Positions 53,789 through 64,000 of a DNA stretch of 64,000 nt are shown here, piece after piece. The translations under genes and the position numbers were made by a program. The DNA is from the human T2T-CHM13v2.0 reference genome, Homo sapiens: assembly GCF_009914755.1 (NCBI RefSeq), contig NC_060925.1. One strand, given 5' to 3'. The notes under the pieces are model-generated. The model was not told the DNA's origin and searched no databases. It worked only from the letters and a program-made list of their open reading frames with translations. Positions within the stretch are counted from its first letter, which is position 1. Each line of letters starts with the position of its first letter.

Positions 53789-55348
53789 TTATTGAGATGT
53801 GTCATTTAATCTTTAAGTGTCTTGTAATTTCCTAGCTACCTTTTCTGTTATTGATCTCTATTCCAATTCCATTGTAATATGAGAGCAGACACTGTTTGAT
53901 TTTCATTGTTTGATATTAGTTAAGGTGTGTTTTATGGCCTAGACTATGGTCTATCTGGGTGAATGTTCCATGTGAGCTTGAGAAAAATGTGTAACCTGCT
54001 GTTGCTGGATGGTGTAGTCTATAGATTTCAATCATATCCAGTTGATTGACGGTATTGCTGAGTTCAATTATGTCCTTACTGTTTTTCTGATTGTTAGCAT
54101 TTTATATTTCTCCTGAACAGGTACTAAAGTCTCCTACTAAATAGTGGATTCACCTGTTTCTTTAGGCAGTTGTATCAGTTTTGCCATCATGTAATTTGGT
54201 GATCTGCCTTTAGGCCGAAACACATTAAAGATTGTTATGTCTCCCTGTAGTATTGACCCTTTTACAACTATATAATGCCTCTCTTTATTGCTAAGAACTC
54301 ACCTTGCTCTGAATTCTGCTCTATCTGAAATTAATAAAACTACTCATGCTTTCTTTTGATTTGTGTTAGCATAATATATCTTTCTATATTCCTTAACTTT
54401 TAATCTCTATGTCTCTTTGTATTTAAAATGGGTTTCTTGTAGACGAAATATAGTTTGGTTTTTAAAAATACAATAACAACCTCCATATTTTAATTTTTGT
54501 ATTTGGGCCATTGAAATTTAAAGTAATTACTGATATTGTTGGATTAATACCTACCATATTTGTTATGATATTTTATTTGCTGCCCTTGTTCTTTCTTCCT
54601 ATTTTACTACACATTTTAATGCCTTTTTGTGGTTCTGATTGAGAATTCCATATAACATTATGACCCTTTTTTAATATACGAGTCTATTCCTAGATTGCAC
54701 TTGGCAATAATATTGTTACTGCACTGCATTCTACCACCTGGTTGTGGAAATCCTAAAATATCATCTCTCAAGTTGAGCATGTTTATTCAGGCACATAATA
54801 GGATCATACTACTCAAACATTTTTACTCAGACATGGACATGGATTTCTCTGATAAATGAAATATGAACAGAAGATAGAGTGTCATATAGTGGAGTAATTT
54901 TATCAGTAAAAGCCAACTTACGTCTGATTTCAGTAGCTCTTTGCCATCTCTTCACTCTTATCCTGAATGCATATAATACCAAGATGGACCTTCATTTGAC
55001 TGTGTCTCTAAGTAAATACAATGAGGAGACTCCTCAGGATAACCCCTATGCATCATGTAGCATAAGAGAAGTATAAACTTCAATGTTTTAAGCTGCTACA
55101 ATGTTTGAGATTGGCTATTTCCATTATATAACCAACATCTTCGAAATGACAGGTAAAATGGAACCAAAAGAAGTTCATGAATAGCATCAAATATATGGCA
55201 TAGCCTTTGAAGCAAGTCAGGATACTGTGAGATAAATGTTATTTGAGGTTGGAAGTTATTAGAGTTACATGCTATTGGATCTATTTTTGTTATGTAGTAG
55301 CAGAAATTTGGTAAAGCACTTGCATATAATAAGCTTTTGGCTCTAGAT

Positions 55349-55535
55349 CAAGGGTTGGCAAATATTTTTTATAAAGGGGCAGATAGTAAATATTCTAGGT
55401 TTTGGGGGCCATATGTTCTCTATTGCAACTATTCAATGCTGCTGTCATAGCAGGAAAATAGCTAGAGACAATATATAAACAAATGGATATAGATGCATAC
55501 TATTAAGATTTTATTTACCAAAACAAATGACCTAC
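55349..55535 (+). mobile_element. MER58A (hAT-Charlie)
   Basis: 'caagggttggcaaa...aaaggggcagatagtaaatatt...ggccatatg...gcaactattcaa'. Confidence 0.88.
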
Positions 55536-55751
55536 TGAATGCAAAGGTTGGAAAAGGGAATTTAAGAGCAAAGGTAGTAAACTGTTGGCTGCATTAGACA
55601 AGATATTATAAGGAAACAAGTTCAGAAAATTTTTAGCCATCATGAAAACAGACATCAGAGACTTAGAGGTTGGAAAGAGGCAACTTCAATAAAGCATGTA
55701 TTTTCTGTGGAAAACTGATACGCTCATCTTACACAAAACGTAGTTACTCAG

Positions 55752-56110
55752 TATCTTAGTTTAGACTTTGGCAACCAAGTGTCATACATTGGGTGGCTTT
55801 TAAGCAACAAAAATTTATTTCTCACAGCTCTAGAGGCTGGAAGTCAGAGATCAAGATGCTGACGAGGCTGGGTTCAGGTGACGGTCCTCTTCTTTGTTTC
55901 AGACTCTTGTTTCTCATTACATCCTTACATGGCTAAAAGAGGGCAAAAGCCCCCCTTGGTATCTCTTATAAGGATGCTAATCCCATTCATGAGTGCTCCA
56001 ACCTCATAACCTAATTACCTTCCAAAGGACCCACTTCCAAATACCATCATGTTCAAGTTTAGGATCTCAACATACACATTTTGCGGGAGGGACACATTCA
56101 GTCCATCATA
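55752..56110 (-). mobile_element. MLT1A0-like solo LTR
   Basis: 'aatttatttctcacagctctagaggctggaagtc...ctaatcccattcatgag...acattcagtccat'. TSD ctcag / cttag. Confidence 0.9.
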
Positions 56111-57536
56111 CTTAGTCATGTCTCCAAAGAATTGTGGCTGTGGTTTTTAGCACATGCAATGAAGGGGAGTCAAATAAAAAAGCAGCCCATCAAGTCCCTG
56201 AAACAGTTGTACTGCTAGATGAGAAATTATAATCATAAGTTAAAATAAACAATTGTTCAGTACTTAAAGCCGCCCCCCCGTGACTTCCCTGTCTTCTATG
56301 TGTAGGAAAAGTCTTGAGAAGACTGCTCAGCCTGCAAGAAGATAACAGAAGATAATTAAAACGAAAACAAAGAAACTGGATGATGACAGGCTGAAACTAC
56401 TCTCCGGGAGCAAAATCTTAGCCTAATCTAAGAACATTCTCCATTCCCAGGATGTGAGATATAGAAACTCCTCCCAATATTTTTCTTGTGGTATTTCAAT
56501 AGTGCTATGAAAAGGGGCTGCTGTATGGTTCCAATCCTTCCCTCTGTCCCAAAACTACCTCCTTTCGTGAATTTGTGGAGAGTATATTACTTGTCTTCTT
56601 GGTACATATATCTCAAGGCTGAGACCAGGTCTAAGATTATCATAAAGGCCTAAACATAGGACTTGATGGCTATTGTGCTGGACTTTTGGGTTGCCTACTT
56701 TGGGAGGCGTAAGCATATTATACCTGAGCGGGAAACAAGTTTTTATAATAGAAAGGGAGAATATTCTACCCATTACAACTATTCACAAATATGTAGTATT
56801 ATCATTCATAAGGGAGAAACATTCCTCCTACTTTAACTAAACTATCCCTATGTGATTTTGTATGGCCAATAAAATGTGAGCTGAAATGTTATATAGTACT
56901 TCTAGACAAAATGTTAATATCATTGTGTGGCCAACCATCTTTTCTTTTCCTCCCTACCTCCAAAGTTGCATATGCAATTTATCACAATGGAGCTTCTGTC
57001 AGTTAAGATCCATGAAGTAACTACTAAGGCCTGAGCCCCCTTGACCCCTTGATTGCCCTCACTGGCCTTACAGCATTAGTGGGGGAAAAAAAATCTTCTT
57101 TCAAGCTTTAAATATAAGATACATAACAACTTGCTACAATTGTGTATTTTCAGACTATACTGGCAGTTCTTCTCATAAATACTACCCATTCAATTCTCTT
57201 TAATTAAGAAAACTCATTGGCCTTTATAAATCTATTTTAAGTATAAAATTAAAGAATGTCTCCAATTATACAAAAGTGATCTGGGTTGGAAGCATCACAG
57301 ACCCTAGGGTAGTACAAATAGAGACAAGGCAGTTAGGAAAGAAAAAAATACTTTGGGGACTCAGGCCTGACTAATGAAGGTGCAGAGAACTATCAGAAGC
57401 CTTTAGGACCCATAAGCAGCCAGGAAGAGTGTGGTTGCTCCTAGCAGAATATCTGATAATTTGAGTGGGGCTACTAACCTTAGGAAAGACAACATGGTAA
57501 AAAACCTGGACCTGCGATAACTGCTTAAGAGTCAGT

Positions 57537-57931
<395 letters not shown>

Positions 57932-58741
57932 TTAGATGAAGCAATAAATTCAGGGTCAGAGATTATTAAACACTCAAGAATCCCATCAATATTTAGTGAA
58001 GTTCTGAAGAAACAATATGCAACTGATTTTAATCCTGTGGATTATTTATATTTTGAGCGTCAATCACAGAATACAGAATATCTACATAAAAAATCTTTAA
58101 AAAAACAATTTATGCAGTTTCTAAATAAAGCATTCCACAAGGTGTGAGAAAAACACTTGGAAATAAAACTGAAATGGAAGCCTCTAGAAATAAAAAATAA
58201 CTTTGTTACACTAAAAAAATCAATGGATGGTTGAATCAATTGCTAAATTATGGGAAAAAAGAATTGTCTCACTCTGTTAAAAATGATATAATTTGATGCC
58301 TGTTACTTTTAAAAAATGCTTAGACAGAAGTCCTTAGGATATTTGGAATATGCCAAAAATTATTTAACCTAATAATCATAAAGTAAAAATGTTTTCAATA
58401 AACGTAACTCTGAATGAGTATTGAGAGACGTATCTCCTTCATAATCAGGGGGAGGCCCATTATCAGTATGTATATTCAACATTGTAGGAGGCAATAGCTA
58501 GAACAAAGAAAAATATACAAGCATGAGGATTATAAAGACAGCAAGTAATCATCACTTGCCATTGACATGATTGTTTAAAAGTAGGATTGGGAAAAAGATG
58601 CTACAGGCATATCAGTATTAGCAATAAGATAAATAATAATGCAGACTAAAGCAAGAATAATGAGATAGATCAATAAGCAAATTAAAATGCATACAAGCAG
58701 TATTTAGAAATTTAAATAGCAAGAAAAATTAAAAGCATCTA

Positions 58742-58933
<192 letters not shown>

Positions 58934-59760
58934 TTACCATAATAAATGTGCAAGACCTGCGCACAGAAAATTATATAATTTAACTAAAAAAATTAAAACT
59001 CTAAAATAATGAGATATATCCAATATCAATAGGTAGAATGAATAAATATCATAAATATATCATTCCTTTTCTACAGATCCAAACTTAGCTACAGATTCAA
59101 TGATTCTAAAATTTAAAAGTAGCAAACGACTATAAATAGTTTAACCCTCTCTCAAGAAGAAAAATATGGAAGAAATGGCTTTGCTACAACCCAAGGCTTA
59201 TTTTAAGTTACAGTAATTCAGACAGTGTAAAAAGTGTACAAAGTTAGGCAAATTGACATATAGAACAAAATAGTGTATCCAAAAATGGATCCACACAAAT
59301 ATGCCACTTTGATTTAAGGCTGAGGTGGCGAAATGAGCAGCAAAAATTTGTTATCCATATGGAAAGAAAGATGAAATTGAATTCCTCCATCAAAACACAT
59401 CCATAATTGAAACCCAGATGGCTTAAAACTTGAAATACCATAGACAAAGCTTAAAATGTTTGAAAGAAAATACAGATGAATATATTTTTGTTATTCAGAA
59501 GTGGTAGATTTTTGAAAATTTGCAAAAGTGTTCACTATTAAAGTGTGAGCATTTTAAATGTGGATATATTAAGTTCAAAAACTTCTATTCACCCAAAGAT
59601 AGGTTAAAAAGTTAAAAATCAAGCTATAAACTGGGAAAAATATTTGTAGTTCATATAACTCAAACACTGGCATGAAAAATATAAAGAATGTTTAATAAGA
59701 AAACAGTGTTTTAATAATCTGTTGCTATATAACAAACCAACCCACCATTTATTGGATTAA

Positions 59761-60073
<313 letters not shown>

Positions 60074-60262
60074 GGGAACCTTTTTTTTTTTTTTAAATTA
60101 CTCTGCAATTTAGGCAATGCTCTATGGAAATAACTTGTCTCTGGGCTCCATTGTATCGACATGACAGACAAACAAGAACGGACAAGTCAAAGATGACATG
60201 ACTGAGACATTTCCAGCAACTGCTCTGGAGTAGCCAAATGCTTGAGAACGGGCCGGGACTCC

Positions 60263-60517
60263 TTTTTTTTTTTTTTAACTTTTATTTTATGTTTGAGGGT
60301 ACATGTGAAGGTTTTTTACATAGGTAAACACATGTCACAGGGGTTGTTGTAAACATTATTTCATCATCCAGGTATTAAGCCCAGTAGCCAATAGTTACCT
60401 TTTCTGCTCCTCACCCGCCACCCTCCCGCTCAAGTAGACCCCAATATCTGTTGTTTCCTTCTTTCTGTTAATGAGTTATTATTATTTAGCCCCCACTTAT
60501 AAGTGAGAACATGTGGT
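60263..60517 (-). mobile_element. Short L1PA12-14-like 3' end
   Basis: T tail followed by 'gggtacatgtgaagg...caggtattaagcccagta...cacttataagtgagaacatgtggt'. Confidence 0.9.
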
Positions 60518-61304
60518 CACATCTTTCAGGTCTTATCTCCATGTGACTTCTTCATCTAGCTTGTTAGTCAGGCTTCTGTAACTAATGGCTCAGGCTTTGG
60601 AAAAGTGAAAACAGAAGTACTAAGAGCTTTCTAAGTCTGGGCCCCAAAGTCACACAGCATTGCTTCTGTCTCATTCTATTTGTCAAATCAAGTCAAGGGT
60701 CAGTTCAAAGTCAATGGGAGGAAATACAGACCCTAACTCTTGAGGGTAAAATTGATATCAGACCTTTGGGATGAGACAAACGACTGGGGTCATTTCTAAA
60801 ACAATCTACCATGAAACCCTGTAGAAAAGTTAGCAAATATATGCAGTCATTCCCCAGCAGGAAAGAAAAGATCACCATAAAAAGAGATTCTCAGTCTCAT
60901 CACTTTCATGATTAGTGAGAGCAATGTTTGACAACAATGAAATTTCATTTTACACTCCTTGGAGTAGCAAAAAAAAAAAAAAAAAAAAAAAAAATCAGAC
61001 AACATCAAATACTTGAGAAGTATTGCACCACTGACCTCTCCTATTTTTGGCAATGAAAGTGCCAACTGACACAACTTTCTGGTACAAAATTCAGCATTGT
61101 CTTCTAAAGTTGAGCACCCCATACGCTATGACCTAAAAATTACTCTGTATTCATATGCATGACAAAATGTTTCAGAAGTCGACCAAAAGGCACGTATAAG
61201 AATGTTCATAGCAGCGTTGATTTTAACAACAAAACTTAGAATCAAACCTGATGTCCACTGATAACAAAAATGGATAAATAAAATATTGGTATCTTCACAC
61301 AATA

Positions 61305-61676
61305 TGTCTTAGTAATTATGGGCTGCTAGAGTAAGAATAACATAGACTGGAAGACTTAGAAGACAAATATTTATTTCTCAAAATTTTAGAAGCTGGGAAT
61401 TCCAACTTCAAAACACTGGCAGATCCTGTGTCTGGAGACAATTGCCTTCTCATTTTATCCTTACATGGCCTGAAGAGAGGGAAAGAGACAAAGACACACA
61501 CAAAGAGATAACTGTAGTCTCTTTTCTTCTAAGGGTACTGATTCCATTCATGACAGCTCTATACTCACAACTTAACTCTCTCTCTCTCTGAAAGTCCCAC
61601 TTCTAAGCACCATCACCTTGGGAATTAGGCTTCAACATATGAACTTTGGGGGGACATAAACATTTAATCTATAGCA
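61305..61676 (-). mobile_element. MLT1A-like solo LTR
   Basis: tgtcttagt...gggctgcta...atttatttctca...ttcaacatatgaactttggggggaca...ctatagca. Confidence 0.88.
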
Positions 61677-62189
61677 TTATAGAATATTATTTAAGAGGGT
61701 AAATAAATATTAAGATACATATAATAACATGGATGAATCGTAAAAACATAATGTTGAATGAAAAGATCAAATCCAGGAAAACTACACAGAGTATGATACT
61801 TGTTTTATACAATTCCAGAACCAATAGAATAATATATCAATATGAATTTCTATATACACACATATATTAATCACTATATAAAGTGATAAAATTATATGTA
61901 AGCATAAAAAACAACATGAAATTGTAAGGACAGTATTTGTACAGGAGGCAAGAAGAGATCAGAGTCAGATATGTGTCATTCACAGATGTTTTAGTGCTTG
62001 GGTAATGATTTATGATTATTTATTTTTTAAGAAGTACTATTCTTTCCTTCAATTCATGCTGACTTGTTCAGCAAAATTGGAATATATTTGTGCATTCACC
62101 TACAATATGAATTATAAGATTATACATTTTATATTTTCCTTTTTTTTTATCCCTTTTCTTCCTCACATGACTACCATTATTTTTCTTTT

Positions 62190-62698
62190 TGTATTATTTA
62201 TTTGGGGATACAAACTTATTCTCAAACTGAGCAGCACAAACCAACAAATGTGTACTTTATCACAGTGTTTCCAAAAATCAGGAAACTGGCTATATCTTAG
62301 CTGGTTAATTTTGACTCAGGAGCTCATGAAATTGCAGTCAGGACATAGGCAGAGGCTGTAGTCATCTGAAGACTTGACTTGGCTCCTTAATGTTCCAGAT
62401 TCACTCACCAGGCTTTTGGCAGGAGGCCTCAGTTCCTTGCTGGCTGTTGCTCAGATACCTCAGCTCTTAATCACGTGGGCCTTTCAATAGAGATACTAAT
62501 GATTTCCCTTCCTGTAGACCTAGTGATCCAAGAGAGAGCAATTAAGACAATACACAACCTCAGGAGTAATATACCATCACTTTGCCATATTCTACAGGTC
62601 ACACAAGACAACTCTGATATAACATGGGAGAGAATTATGGGGTATGAATATCTGAAGGTAGGGATCATTGAGGGCCATCTTGGAGGCTGGCTATTATG
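62190..62698 (-). mobile_element. MLT1F-like solo LTR
   Basis: 'ggctgtagtcatctgaagacttgac', 'ggcaggaggcctcagttcctt', 'ggccatcttggaggctggcta'. Confidence 0.88.
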
Positions 62699-63216
62699 CT
62701 AATAAAACTTTTAATAATGAATGCTAAAAACACATTAACAATATAACTGTGAAAAAAATGTGAATGAATAATACATTTCTCAATTTAATTTAGCACAGTG
62801 AAACACTTACACTACCACATTTATAAACTTTATAGTCCTCATAAATTTCTCCAAAATGTCTAAGATAATTCCTGTATAGTTTGTAATATCCTCCTAATTA
62901 AATCCTCCTTCTGCTTACCAGTTTGTAAGAAAAGCAAAAATTACTATTTCAATTTATATTTACTGATTTTTCAATTAAAATGACAACTTAGCTTGCAATT
63001 GATTACTACTGCTTTCAACACACAGATATAATCTTTTATATTTGTTTTGAGTTAATAGTTTGTGTAAACTACTGTAAGGAAAATCTCTCTCCATTCATTT
63101 TTTTAATGTTCTTTCTATACTTAAATCAATTGATACCTCAAACTGTATTTAAATAACCATGTTGGAGATTTTATTTACCAATAAAAAATGTAAAAATAAT
63201 TCTCCAATTGTCTCAC

Positions 63217-63437
63217 CTCTGTTAAAATATGTCCTATGTTCTTTCCATAAACTTCCACAATTTGATTTTCCAGTGCATGATCATAGGAGGTTTCTGCAAC
63301 AATGGGGAGGTGTTCTTTTGGTGCAGACTATGTACTCCTTGCTGTCAATCATCAGAAATGCACATTACCTTGAGTAGACAATAGAAATAATGGCAATTCA
63401 GAGATGTTGGCAAAAATAGTTGCTGCTTTTAGTATTG
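63217..63437 (-). other. Candidate pair of small exons (63369-63437 and 63217-63293) separated by a 75-nt GT-AG intron
   Basis: Canonical splice dinucleotides, pyrimidine-rich acceptors and a continuous open frame across the junction. No recognised protein. Confidence 0.2.
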
Positions 63438-64000
63438 CTACAATGTAACACCACAGAGGGAAGAAGCCAGAGAGAGGAGTTAAAGACAACATTTTTGAAG
63501 TGATCTATAGAATTATCTGAAGTTTGTGACCCATATCTAGTAGAGATGCCACCAATCCCCCATGACTCCAAACATCATTTTAGAGAAATGTTTGCATGTG
63601 TTCAAAATTTTGCATGCTGAAGGCAGATTCAACAAATTTCTGACTTTTGACAGTTATTTCCAACACCTTTTTATAGTCCTTCACTGCCAACTCCCACAGA
63701 CACATTCAGTCTGGCCTGGAAGAATAGCAGATACGCTAATAGTAGTTTCTTTTTCTGTTTGGCTCAGTACTAAAGAGGTATAGAAATAGGAGGTAGAGAA
63801 GCTAAAGAAAAATTAGTGAAAAGAAAGGAGAGCTATAGCTTGATAGTAACACATGGTTACTATCAAACATTACTTTGGATACTCTCTTGATTTTGTTTAT
63901 TTCACATACTGAAAGGATAACATAGTAAGAGACACTCAAAAAGAGGTCTGAGTTTTATATGCAGGTCTCAACAAGAAGCTGTTGAAGATATTTCACAAAC

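Larger units (their letters stand above)
54744..57165 (+). mobile_element. Old MLT1 (MLT1H/I-like) provirus: LTR ~54744-55150, internal region, LTR ~56765-57165
   Basis: Two diverged similar LTRs ('aatgaaatatgaacagaag' vs 'ccaataaaatgtgagctgaa'; 'agatggaccttcatttgactg' vs 'atggagcttctgtcagtt') flank MLT1-int-like sequence ('ttatgtagtagcagaaatttggtaaag', 'ggacttttgggttg'). Confidence 0.6.

Overview
AT-rich, CpG-poor primate genomic DNA, most likely human because it carries an essentially consensus AluYa5. The window is dominated by interspersed repeats of every age: L2, MIR, L1M/L1ME/L1MC, L1PB and L1PA LINEs, 14 Alus or Alu halves, MaLR/ERVL/ERV1 LTRs, and hAT and Tc1/mariner fossils, often nested two or three deep. 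I can support no protein-coding gene, RNA gene or CRISPR array. Nearly all recognisable listed ORFs are Alu, L1 or LTR read-throughs, and the rest look like chance ORFs. I found no convincing new biological system. The most notable structure not explained by repeat families is a set of local templated-copy or fold-back scars: (i) a 35-bp-arm near-perfect hairpin at 30.0 kb, (ii) a perfect 37-bp direct repeat whose first copy is the AluYa5 target site, (iii) two cases of an L1 ORF2 segment copied into the same element's 3' UTR, and (iv) a chimeric AluY with a 32-bp 3' duplication. Also present are a textbook twin-primed L1, two MaLR proviruses retaining internal sequence, and a weak pair of phase-compatible candidate exons at 63.2-63.4 kb. 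Subfamily names come from remembered consensus motifs and should be confirmed with RepeatMasker/Dfam.
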